A stretch of DNA of 64,000 nt from Macrostomum lignano (lineage: Eukaryota), in NCBI GenBank assembly GCA_002269645.1, contig NIVC01000731.1:372001-436000 (forward strand), read 5' to 3'. Shown here in pieces: positions 46,171 through 58,942 of the stretch. Every line of letters starts with the position of its first letter. Position 1 is the first letter of the stretch. Under the pieces are notes generated by a model. That model had not been told where the DNA came from, made no database searches, and saw only the letters and a list, made by a program, of their open reading frames with translations. The translations under genes were made by a program, and so were the position numbers.

Positions 46171-49100
46171 TTAGGCTGGCACCAGCTGGACTGTCTCTCC
46201 GTCGTTCTCGCCGTCGCTGTCCCGGCACCGGCGATGCGTTTGCCGCCAGACGAACAGCGCGCACACCGGCAGGATGCACATGGCGCACACTGTTGCCATG
46301 GCAACCGCTGCCGGACGTAGGACAGACGTCGATGCGGCTACGTCGGCGCGGAAGAAAGCGCAGTCCTGGGGGCCGTCAATGGCGACGTAGGGCCGCGGCC
46401 CCAACACCCTGGACGACGAGTTCGCCTCCGGACAAGACGACGAAGCAAAGCCGATGCGACGACCGGCTCGGTCGAATTCGACCAGGAATCCCGAGAGGAA
46501 GGTGGCACCTGGGCGGAGCAGTTAAGCGAAACTGATGATTAGAGGTAGATTAAAGGCAGGGGGCCGTGTGCGCACTTTAGGCGACATTGTCACACAACCG
46601 GCGAGAGGCATTGCTGCCCATTCCACCGGCTCCCCTGAGCAGGCACACAAGCGCAACGATGCTTCGGTACGCAGGCACACACTCACACAGGAGTGTACAG
46701 CGGCCCTAACTTTATTTTTCGTTAGGCATTTACACTTCATTGTGGCTTAAGGGTTGACCCTCAAGGACGTTAATTGCCCGAGCAGAGTCAAGCCGAGATT
46801 TCGATTTAGCCCTAGATTAATGTGACTGCACTTAAAATCGAGTCTGGACCGCTGGAACATCAGAGCTAGACCATTAGGTTACGCTCCCCCCCCTGATGAT
46901 GAGAGGTCATGATAATGCCAATATACCCACTCCTGAAGTATTTCAACTGTGAGCTTTGACACTCACTTTGCCTGCACTCAGACACGCAGCCCACCTCTAG
47001 CAGAAATTCAGAACCACATTCCCCGCTTCACCCTGACCTCTGGCCTTTCTATGCATCATCAGACTAAAGAAATCAAATTTCGAGTCAGAGCTTGCTAGAT
47101 CAGGATTGTTGTTTCATGACAGTTGAGCTGTTTAAATTTCCAGCTTCCCTACCGAGAATAGCTCCATCGCTTGTGCTCTGAATTCCGAAGCGGAAACAGG
47201 ACCCATTTCCGGCTGGAGAGCCACCGAGCACGACCGGTCGCAGGTACTGGGTGGGGCTCAGCTCGAGGTCCACCGTCTGGTTATCCGGCGTCACCAGGCT
47301 GAAGGTGACGGATGGAAAAGCGTCGAGAAGCCTCTTGGTGGCTTCCAGTGAACCGTCGCTCGAGCACAGGAGGCCCAGGCCGTTAAAGAAGCGGTTGCCG
47401 AGCTCCGGCTGCTGCGCCCCCACCTGCTGAGCTACGCGAGCGTGCACCCGGGCCGGCAGGCGAATGTCGCCGACGCCAGAGTGCAGGATGGCCTTGTCCA
47501 TGTTGTACTCCTTGCAGTCCATGCCGAGCGAGGACTGGCCGACCTTGATGTCGGCTATGACCACTTCATAGTACCTGAACGGCGGAGATTATTGATGGAT
47601 TGTTGATATGAAAAAGGAAAACTTTCTCCAGACTGCTTATTCCGCTGAGCATTCACACGCACAAGGATACGTACGCAGATACAAGCTCAGGATGGTCAGC
47701 GGCCTTGAATTTCTAATCTTCAAAGATGTACAGTTGAATCACACAATTGCAGAAGCCTCAAGTTATTTTGCCACAATCGAGTCTCACCAGTCCCAGCGCA
47801 CGGAGGCGTACAGCATGTCGGTGCGGTTCGCCCGCCCGATCCTGATGAAGCTCCCTAAACCCGCGTCGCCTCCGCACAGCTGCAGGCAGAACGGCACGGG
47901 AGGCGATCCCGTCGACATGGCGTCGCCCAGCTGCCTCGCCAGCGTGTCGGCGAAGTTTCCGCCGCCAGCCGCTGTCCGCGCATTCGACAGCCGTTCGAAG
48001 GCCAGGCCGACAGAGGCCTGCCAGGCCCCGGCGGCGGCCTGGAAGTAGCCGGAGCTGCGCTCGGCGACGCTGAAGGCGGCGCGGACTGGTCCGGGCACAG
48101 GGCCTGGCAGGGACACGACGTCCGTGGCCAGGTGGCCCTCCCAGAAGCCGGTGGTGTAGGGGGTGCGAACCAGCTGGTGCTGCCAGACTAGCGAACTGGA
48201 CGACTTGGCGTCGAACCACCGGTCAAGGCCGGGCGTCTTGGCGCCAGCCGTTACGAAGTCGCTGCTGCCTGTGTCCAACTTTGCTGTGATCTGCGAGATC
48301 AGGTTAGATGAATTTATTTCAATTTAATAGCCTACTGTCCAGTAGACAGTATAGAATGTGGCGCAAAAGGCTTGTTCGGAGGACAAAAAAGTCTTCGTGC
48401 TGTTTTCTTGATTCAAGGGGCAGCTCGAAATTCAGAAAACGGGCCAGATGAATCAGCATTTGAAACCAACTGGAGTTCACGGGAACTGAAGATTTGAAAC
48501 TAACTGGAGTTCACAGGAACTGAAGAGTTAAAAAAAGAACTGGAGTTCACGGGAACTGAAGATTTGAAACTAACTATAGTTCACGGGAACTGAAGAGTTA
48601 AAAAAAGAACTGGAGTTCACGGGAACTGAAGATTTGAAACCAACTATAGTTCACGGGAACTGAAGATTTAAAACCAACTATAGTTCACGGGAACTGAAGA
48701 TTTTAACCAATTTGGAGTTCACGGGAACTGAAGATTTTAACCAACTGGAGTTCACGGGAACTGAAGATTTTAACCAACTGGAGTTCACGGGAACTGAAGA
48801 GTTGAAACCAACTATAGTTCACGGGAACTGAAGATTTTAACCAACTGGAGTTCACGGGAACTGAAGAGTTGAAACCAACTATAGTTCACGGGAACTGAAG
48901 ATTTTAACCAATTTGGAGTTCACGGGAACTGAAGATTTAAAGCCAACTATAGTTCACGGGAACTGAAGATTTGAAACCAACTATAGTTCACGGGAACTGA
49001 AGATTTGAAACCAACTATAGTTCACGGGAACTGAAAATTTGAAACCAACTATAGTTCACGGGAACTGAAGATTTGAAACCAACTATAGTTCACGGGAACT

Positions 49101-49848
49101 GAAAATTTGAAACCAACTATAGTTCACGGGAACTGAAGATTTAAAACCAACTATAGTTCACGGGAACTGAAAATTTGAAACCAACTATAGTTCACGGGAA
49201 CTGAAGATTTGAAACCAACTATAGTTCACGGGAACTGAAAATTTGAAACCAACTATAGTTCACGGGAACTGAAGATTTAAAACCAACTATAGTTCACGGG
49301 AACTGAAAATTGAAACCAACTATAGTTCACGGGAACTGAAGATTTGAAACCAACTATAGTTCACGGGAACTGAAGATTTTAAACCAACTGGTATTCACGG
49401 GAACTATAAAAATTTAACCAACTGGAGTTCACGGGAACTAAATGGAAATTTTAACCGACTGGAGTTCACGGGAACTGAATGGAAATTTTAACCGACTGGA
49501 GTTCACGGGAACTGAATGGAAATTTTAACCGACTGGAGTTCACGGTGACTTAAGTTTAACCGCACTGTGAGCTCCGGCACCTCTGCCCACCCAGCTCACA
49601 TTCTGCCTGGGTGTACCAACGCCAAGCCGCAGGCAGTAGGCAGCCTCAGGTCGACCGTGAATGGCGCTGCCATTCACCAGCTGGAAGACACCCCTCTGTC
49701 CGAACAGCTGGACGCTGTCCACTGGCAGTCCGGATTTGGCGGGCGCCACGAAGTTCAGGCGAGTCAGCGGCAGCTGCAGGGCCGCCGTGGCGGGGAGGCA
49801 GGCCAGAGCCGCGCAGACTGGCGGCAGCAGAGTGAGAAGAATTCCCAT
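46171..49848 (-). CDS. BACE: BACE (memapsin)-like membrane-anchored aspartic protease, about 500 aa, with the second catalytic Asp replaced by His; exons 49848-49600, 48290-47788, 47574-47153, 46508-46171
   Basis: Signal MGILLTLLPPVCAALAC; DTGSSD; flap TPYTTGFWEG; WYYEVVIADIKVGQSSLGMDCKEYNMDKAIL(H)SG closely follows BACE WYYEV..MDCKEYNYDKSIVDSG; GFLVEFDRAGRRIGFA; C-terminal TM. Confidence 0.92.
46545..46890 (-). mobile_element. SINE family A, in the last intron of the BACE-like gene
   Basis: Full-length similarity to 5700-6050. Confidence 0.78.
48470..49540. repeat. Minisatellite, 33-34-bp unit (gttcacgggaactgaagatttgaaaccaactata), BACE-like intron 1
   Basis: About 30 tandem copies. Confidence 0.97.
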
Positions 49849-50924
49849 AGTGTTGAGCACGGCTACAGCAGTTGCAGCTAAGCGGAAACAAAAACTTTTT
49901 ATTTATTTTATGCCTTTTTATGACCATGCAGAGAGCAGCGAACTGGACGAACATCTGACGCGGAGCAGCTGTTGCAGTTTGGAGCAGCCGGTTGGAAACG
50001 ATGGTTTTTTCTGATTTCCCGAGAAATGAGAAATGCGCTCAAGTACCCGACACAGGTTAAGAAACTGATTTCTGCTTGAAAGTTTAAATTCTCCTATCGT
50101 TCTGTTTAAAATATTGATATTTTTCTCACTACTCTACTAACCGACCGTGAGTAGTATGAAAGAGATGCAAAATGAATTTTCAATTTTGCAATCTTTTTAC
50201 ATTTTATGACGATAGTAATGCGGCCAAAATATGGAAATGCAGAGTCTGTTCAGCTTCCTCATCAGCTTCATCATCATGGGTGTGGGGTATTACGTAATCC
50301 GACTCCGCCTTCAGAACTGACAGGCGTCATTTGCACCAGCCACAATGCATTCGAGCTGCTACAAGGGCGAGTGAAACTCGGGCAGCATCGCTTTGGCCTG
50401 CAGCGGCCACGCCATCATTCGGTCTGGGATTCCTTGGACAGATTAGAAAAATACTGCGCAGGGGAACAGGGAGGCTGGGGATGAAGCCGCGTGCCTGCGG
50501 ACTGCGCAAAATCGTCAGTTCTCTCTCGACCCGCAGGAGCCGTGCCGGCATCAAAGCCGAAGTGTCCGCCTTCGGTCAGGAGGCCTGCCCGCCCCGGCCG
50601 GCCGTTGACTGTCGCCTGTCCGCTCACCTTGGAATTAAAAAAGATTAAGTCTGCGCCCTTTAATGAAATTCTGGCCGAATAGAAAGACAAAGTAAACCGC
50701 TTTCTGATGATGGCTAAGAGAAAGTTCAGGAAATCTCCAGTTTTTTTATCGCAAAATCTAAATGCAAGTCTTTAAAAATAGCTTTGATGGGTTATGGAAA
50801 TCAGGCTTCATCAATAAATAATCAGGCTAGCTCACTGCACTAGAAGTTGTCAGCTTTGTAGCCTGTGAATTTAATTGCGTATAATTGCTGCTGTCTGCTC
50901 TGGCCTCTGCTTTCCAACTGTAAC

Positions 50925-51470
50925 ACCTTGTCTAACAGCCAGTCACCACACTGTAGCACCCTGTCTAACAGCCAGTCACCACACTGTAACACCCTGTCTA
51001 ACAGCCAATCACCACACTGTAACACCCTGTCTAACAGCCAGTCACCACACTGTAACACCCTGTCTAGCAGCCAATCCCCACACTGTAACTGTAACACCCT
51101 TCCATCAGCCAGTCACCACACTGTAACGACTAACACCTTGTCTAACAGTATTTCATCACTGTAACACCCTATCTAACAGCAATTCCTCACACTGTAACAC
51201 CCTATCTAACAGTAATTCCTCACACTGTAACACCCTGTCTAACAGCCAGTCACCACACTGTAACTGTAACACCCTGTCTAACAGCCAGTCACCACACTGT
51301 AATTGTAACACCCTGTCTAACAGCCAGTCACCACACTGTAACACATTGTCGAACCGTATTTCATCACTGTAACACCTTGTCTAACAGCAATTCCTCACAC
51401 TGTAACACCCTATCTAGCAGCAATTCCTCACACTGTAACACCCTGTCTAACAGCCAGTCACCACACAGCA
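50925..51470. repeat. Minisatellite, about 33-bp unit (cactgtaacaccctgtctaacagccagtcacca)
   Basis: Tandem copies visible. Confidence 0.93.
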
Positions 51471-51884
51471 CCTTAACTCTCTAACAACCCGTCTAGCCAG
51501 GCAGTGTGACGCCAGCCTTCATTGATTGACAGGTCCAGATAAGCCAGGATCCAAATGCCCGGCCACTTCACCCAGACACTCGGGGCCTTCTGTGCGACCG
51601 GCAGACAGGAATCTGTGCACTTATCCGGTGACATTCAAAACCCTTCTTTGCAAAAAGACTCCGACAAAACTCAACCCGAAAGGGGAAACTCGATTATCCA
51701 AAATTGGACTGGCTGAGTTTGCTGACTTATTCGGTGTCCCATTTGAGCATAGAGTCGCTGCCTAATTGGCCCAGTGGGTCACGGCTCAGGCAGACCGGCT
51801 CCAGATCCTCAAATGTTTATGAATAAAATTCCCACAGCCTAGGCTGAGGACTTTCAAAGCCTTAAGCCTGTCTACCAGAACAGC

Positions 51885-52135
51885 CCACCTGTTCACTAGG
51901 CTGTCTCACAAGACAAACTACCTGTCCACTAGGCTGTCTCACAAGACAGGCGACCTGTTCACTACAGCCCACCTGTTCACTAGAGCCCACCTGTCCGCTA
52001 CAGCGCACCTATCCACTACAGCCCACCTGATCACTACAGCCCACCTGTCCACTGCAGCCCACCTATCCACTACAGCCCACCTATCCACTACAGCCCACCT
52101 ATCCACTACAGCCCACCTGTCCACTACAGCCTACC
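51885..52135. repeat. 18-bp tandem repeat (gcccacctgtccactaca)
   Basis: Tandem copies visible. Confidence 0.88.
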
Positions 52136-52560
52136 TGTCTATTAGCCGGTCTTTAAAGCCAGCCTAACCATCTCTGACCTGCATTCGAGCACAGCAAGTA
52201 TAAAAAAATTTCATTAAAAAGCCAACAAACCCATCAGATTGGCTTTGAGCTATAAAAAGATCTCTAGCGGCAGAGCGAGTTGGGCAGAAGAAGAGAGCAG
52301 CCGAAGCAAGAAGCCGAAGATGCAACCTGAAAGGCCAGCCCTGAAGACACCGGGAAGCCGGGGTCAGGTGCCCCCTCCCCTGCCGCCACCGCTGCAGAGC
52401 CCTCAAGCTCCGCCCTCCCCTCTCCCCCTCTCTGTTCCTCTTCTTTCTTATTCCCCAAAGCGATTAAGCTTGATAAGCTCGCTCTTTTCCCAGCAGCCCA
52501 GCCTCCGTCGCATCAGACTTCATCCCGGCTGAGTTACCCGCCAGCCTTCTTAATGGGGCA

Positions 52561-52598
<38 letters not shown>

Positions 52599-53170
52599 GC
52601 GGCCGCCGCAGCCCAGACTCTCGCTAGCTTCATCAGTCCAATCTCGAATCTCCGGCCTGGATCAGAGAAACGGCGGGGCTTGAGGGGCGGCGGGCGTCCG
52701 GAGCTCGAGTCCTCGGAGGCGGATCAGGAAGTCGGGTTGGTTGAAGGCCGCTTCAATCGCCCCCCCTCCGCACTCCACAGGAAAATGCGAAGTAGCAGAG
52801 AAGAAGAAATGGCTTGGGAAAGAAATTGCGAAGCCCCATGGAGAGCTGAAATTCCTTTTAATAAGAAAAGCGAATTTTCACTCCCAGATGATCTGCACGA
52901 ATCGGGTCGGTCTGCAGTCTCCGGGCCCCGATGAGTCACTCGATTCCGGTCGGCTGCGGGCTGCGGATTTTGCACCGGGCCAGCGCTGGGCCGGGGGCGG
53001 CTTGAGAAGCCAATTCGGCTGCTGGAAACCCGACACCGGGGGGGGGGGCATTTCTGGCTGAGAGATGAGAGTCTGGCTGGGTATCGCCACCTGCGGGTTC
53101 CCAGCGGATTGCCAGCACGGCAAATATGCTGGCCTTCTGGATCTGTTGGAATTCGTTTCTCTGCTGCAAA

Positions 53171-53511
<341 letters not shown>

Positions 53512-54904
53512 CATCTGCTTATTTAGCAGAGCAGGCAGTGCAAACTTTGGGCAGACAGCACACAGCTGTCAGCAGCAGCTCACCAAACTCTGTTTAGAAT
53601 GTCTTCAGAAATGTTTTTCGCCCTTACTGTGACGGAATTCGGTTGCCAGGCAGCAGAGACGGAGCGAAGGTGCAAGGGGGGGGGGGGCTGCTCGCCCTGC
53701 CGCCCCAGCAGACAGACAGGGGCTTGAAAATATTTGCCTGCGCATAACCGAATTCCAACTTCTGACATCCGCGCAGAGGGGGTCCGTGCCCCCCCCCCCC
53801 GCCAGAGCCGATGGGGGTGTATCGATGCAAGCCCCAGATATGCAAGCCGATCCTAAAACCCCGGGATCGATTTTCAAACTGCGGATTAAGCCATGATCTC
53901 GCTCGGGATGCTTCAAGCTCGGTAGGTAAAGTAAAGTTGCTTCATTCGTAAAACTTCAGAACCAGCAGGTTGGGGTGGTCAGGGGGAAGGGGCTCGCTAT
54001 AGCAAGGCTCGTGGCCAGCGCATATTAACATAAAGTTTGCAAACCCGACTGCATAGAGTCAAGTGTTTTTTGCGCTAATTAATTCTGGACTAGTGCGGCC
54101 CAGGTAGCGATATAGAATGGCGCGAAGCCGCACGAGCTTCAATCCGCAACTTTATGACCGCCGATAAGCCAGACAAGTGCGGCTTGTAAAGCTCAGCAAC
54201 AGGTGTTCCTCGGGCTTAAACACGCTCAGTTATGGCTGTTATGGACATTGCATTATAAACGCGCTGACTACAGGCTTTAAGCTCTGTGTACAGTTTTTCA
54301 ATAAAGTCCAAGTTCGATATATTTTTGTACGCCTGGCGTCGCTCTTCGGCTCGCTCCGTCCCCGCCTCCGTTCTACGGGTGGGCCAGCTAAATTAATCTG
54401 AGGCTAATCCGATCAGGGAGAGACAGGGGGTGAAGGAGGAGCTGAAGAGGCTGAGACGCCGCGGCAGCGTCGGAGGCGAGCGGCATTCGGAATTGAAAGA
54501 GATTGAGAAATAAGTGGAATGAGAGAGAGAAGGGAGATGACGGCGCGAGGGAGACGGACAGGGGGGATGGGGAGCGGGAGAAATGGGGGGGGGCTGCGTG
54601 AGCCGGTGGGGGCCGCTAAGTCTGAGTAAAAGTTCACTCTCTAGCAGGTGACTCAGCCAAGGGCAAAGATTGAGACTGAATTGTGGGCCAACGGAAATGA
54701 GCTTTGATGACTGCGGGCACGAAAGGCTGGCGCTGACCCGATGATCTGAAACTTTGTAAACAAAGCTTTGAAGGCCGACATTTTCCGAACTCATGATTCT
54801 CAACGAGAATTATTTCAGCAAATCGGCTTCCTCATTTCAATCTTATTAACAAAATATTTCTGTAGGCATTAAGATTTGTCTCGATTGCCTTGTCGAGAAT
54901 GGGC

Positions 54905-55180
54905 AGCTGGCCTGTGTGCACCCTGGCGCACTTTAGGCGACATTGTCGCACAACGGCGAGAGGCATTGCTGCCCATTCCGCCGACTCCCCTGAGCAGGCA
55001 CACAAGCGCGTGGATACGAACGCAGTCATACGCTCAGGCATGTACACTTCACTGTGCCTGGGGGTTGGCCCTCAAGACCTCGTTTATTGCACGAGCAGAG
55101 CCAAGCCGAGATTCCAATTGAGCTCCAAATTAATGTGACTGCACTCGGAATCGAGCCTGGGCCGCTGGTACACGAGAGCT
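54905..55180 (-). mobile_element. SINE family A
   Basis: Matches the copies at 5.7 and 46.6 kb, including the B-box-like ggctcgattcc. Confidence 0.75.
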
Positions 55181-55669
55181 AATCCTCACTGAGACCTGAA
55201 GGATAAACTGAGAATCTGCACCAGCAATTCGGGAGCTTCAGCAGTCTCCAAGTTTGAAGAATTCTCCAGCAGTCATTAATCAGGCCATAATTTCACAGCA
55301 CAGGGCGCCGCTAACGACAAGCTGTTAACGCAGTCTGACCGGGTCGCAATTACAGTTTCAACAACAGGCAGCGCAGCTTAACCGGTTCAAGCATTTTATT
55401 GCCGCACCCTTTCAAACCTCAGCCTGCTGCCGCAAGCGTGAAGAAGTTCCCGCGCTGAACTTTTCCAGCCGCAGGCCCAGCTGCCCCGAGATGCAGAACC
55501 GGGGGGGGGGGGCGGGGAAACAGATAGGGCCGGGCAGAGGGGGACAGCAGATGTCAGTCTCCCACTAACTGGCGCATTCATGTGTGTTTTTACAGTATAT
55601 ATTCTCCCTACCTGTCCAAGGAGACCCAGAACAGGCCTTGGAGTGGCAACTCTACTTCAAGGCAGCAAG

Positions 55670-55910
55670 GCGGGTTTGTGAGCATTGGGTTTGTGAGCAT
55701 TGGGTTTGTGAGCATTGGGTTTGTGAGCATTGGGTTTGTGAGCATTGGGTTTGTGAGCATTGGGTTTGTGAGCATTGGGTTTGTGAGCATTGGGTTTGTG
55801 AGCATTGGGTTTGTGAGCATTGGGTTTGCAAGCATTGGGTTTGTGAGCATTGGGTATGTGAGCATTGGGTTTGTGAGCATTGGGTTTGTGAGCATTGGGT
55901 TTGTGAGCAT
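55670..55910. repeat. 15-bp tandem repeat (tgggtttgtgagcat)
   Basis: About 16 copies. Confidence 0.95.
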
Positions 55911-58254
55911 TAGCGCAAAGTGTCATTCTGCCAAACAAGCAGGCCTGCCAAATGTCACAATAAAATCAGAAGTCGGTCAATGAAGGATCGAAAACTTCTG
56001 CAGCCCGGCCTGCAGTTGGCTGGGACTGGAGGAGTCGCTACCCCCAAGGCCCTGGCGCAAGGCCTCCTTGCTCCGGGCAAGTCCCGCAGCACAGGAGGAC
56101 CGCTCGAAAAGCCAGCGCGAACACAAATTATCCCCATTCTTGGGGAAGAATTCAAAGGGCAGCGATACGCGACCCCCAGACAGTTCAACCCCTGCCGCAT
56201 CGAGTCCGCCAGCACTTCACCAGAAAGTTCGGAATTCCCCCCAAGGTCACCGCGCCTACCAATTTGCACCGGTTGGGGAGAGGCTGGCAAATTAATCATT
56301 GCCAATCATTCCGGGGGCACGCAGTGACTCAGTGCCCAGCACCGGGGAGATCAGATGCCGGACACGCAGTCTCATGTACCCCGGCTAATCAGCCCGGCTC
56401 AGCAGGTGGCCGCGCTGTCCCAGACGATCGGGGGAAAGTGCGATAGAAAATAAATCTGCTGCTTGCTGTGCAGTCGCGCGTGAAGCTGGACACCCGCCCT
56501 ACGCTCCTCTCCATCACTTCTTCCCACGGAGGAACGGAGGCGGGCTCCAGAGGTGATGAATGGAGGGCCGCAGCTCAGCCCCCCCCCCGCCCCGGTCCCA
56601 ATTATTCCAGCACCAGCCCACGAGCCCAGTGTAATCTGAAAGCACTCAACATTTGCCAGACTGCTGCCAGCCTCCTCAGCACCTCCCCGCCACCCCGGCC
56701 TTCGCCATCCCGAAAACACGCTGCCGGAGCCGCCACTAATCAAGCAGCCTCGACTTCCACCGCAGACTGGGGCCCGCTAGAAAACTCCCACCACCCCCCA
56801 GTCTCTTCCTAGCAACCGGGCCACGTCTCTCTAAAGGGAAGGAGACGGCACTGACTGGACCGCTGACTCATCGCCCAGCCTCCATTCCCCATCGCCTTTC
56901 TGCACTTTTAAGTTCCGATACTCGACGAGCGAAAGCGGGCACAACGTGATTTATAAAAATCCAAATGAGTCTGCAGCTGGCGACGAGAGCACCGGCCCTC
57001 GGGGGGATTCTAGAAAATAAATAATAATGATAAGTATTGCCGGGAAGAAATTACTCAGCCGAGTCAAGTGTCAGCCGCCACCTCATCCAGCAGTCGGGTT
57101 GAGCAGAGAGTGAGCACTCACTCAGACAGTGGGGGTTGGCGATTCTGCATTCCCAGAGAAATTGGGGGGGGGTTGTGGTCATGATAATAAATCACACACA
57201 CAGCGGAGACAAGTTTGGCAATTTCTTTTACCATAATAAAACTGCAGCACTGCAGCATGGCCGGCTCTTCATCGCATATATTTATTAACCTATTTGCTTA
57301 ATAATATTAAACTGATTGCAAACAAACTTTCAAATACTTTATTATGGATATTAAAAATGAATAAAATAAATTTCAGTCAGCTGATGAAGCGCACACAGAA
57401 GTAAAACAGATTCTTCAATGCAATACTTGTAGACCAGTGTTAGTATGTATTATTATATATAGAAATTTCTGACTGGGCAATGATCAACCAGATTGTGAGG
57501 TAACAAAAATATCATCAAAATCCGTTGCTATGGCAACACGCTTCAACAATTGAAATTAGCGTTCTGTCTCGGAATAAACAAATAAATAAATAAATAGAAG
57601 TAATCTAATAATCTAGAGAACAACACAGACTGACAGCTCGACTTGGCTTGAGCAAATTTGGATAATTGCTAATCTAAATATTTTCTTCTAGCAGCAGCAA
57701 GCGGGAAAGAAAACACAAACAGAGAAAAAACTCTAATAAATAATTTCTACTAGCGAGATCAAAACAATAAAAAATGAAAATGATAAATGATAAAATCATC
57801 ATTGCAGTATAAATTCTATTCTGACACAGCGCTGCCGCACTGCAATGAGTTAATAAATAAATGAACAGGGCTGTGAGGACAGCACACAGGTGACAGATGC
57901 GCTGACCAGGCCAATAGTTGATTGCAAATTAATCTGGATTGCTAGCAGTAATCGGATTAGTTACAAATAGTAATCAGCAATATTCAACAACAGCAAATAT
58001 AATAGCATCAGCAAGTAATTAAGAAATATTAACTAAAAATAAAATTTTGCACTGATTCTCGCTTAAATGTAAATTTTGATTGACTGATTGACAGACTGCT
58101 ACAGCGTTGAGTGATGCAAGGCCACAAAACATCTGGTGGCATCAGCTGATTGGTTTCGGGTGAATAATGAACCTGGAAAGAACTTAGGACAAACTTCTTT
58201 AGTGCAAGAATACTGTCAAGCTTGGGGGAAGCTTGAAGGTCAAAGTAGTTTTAG

Positions 58255-58905
58255 CTATAAGCTGACCTCAGTTGACCCCGAAGCCAAGGGTTTATGTTAA
58301 GATTCTCACTAACCTGACCTCAGTTGACCCCGGAGCCAAGGGCTAATGTTAAGATTCTCGCTAAGCTGACCTCAGTTGACCCCAGAGCTAAGGGCTAATA
58401 TTAAGATTCTCGCTAAGCTGACCTCAGTTGACCCCGGAGCCAAGGGTTTATGTTAAGATTCTCACTAACCTGACCTCAGTTGACCCCGGAGCCAAGGGCT
58501 AATGTTAAGATTCTCGCTAAGCTGACCTCAGTTGACCCCAGAGCTAAGGGCTAATATTAAGATTCTCGCTAAGCTGACCTCAGTTGACCCCAGAGCTAAG
58601 GGCTAATGTTAAGATTCTCGCTAAGCTGACCTCAGTTGACCCCGAAGCCAAGGGCTAATGTTAAGATTCTCACTAAGCTGACCTCAGTTGACCCCGGAGC
58701 CAAGGGCTAATATTAAGATTCTCGCTAAGCTGACCTCAGTTGACCCCGGAGCCAAGGGCTAATGTTAAGATTCTCGCTAAGCTGACCTCAGTTGACCCCA
58801 GAGCTAAGGGCTAAAATTAAGATTCTCGCTAAGCTGACCTCAGTTGACCCCAGAGCTAAGGGCTAATATTAAGATTCTCGCTAAGCTGACCTCAGTTGAC
58901 CCCGG
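58255..58905. repeat. Minisatellite, 52-bp unit (gctaagctgacctcagttgacccc..aagattctc), just downstream of the abLIM-like stop
   Basis: About 12 tandem copies. Confidence 0.95.
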
Positions 58906-58942
58906 AGATGAAGCGAGACCCGAACCTTCAAGAAAAGGAGTG

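Noticed and set aside
51520-51800. Possible further LINE 3' remnant
   Set aside because: Only faint similarity (GHF..FC..QES.HL); too degraded to support.
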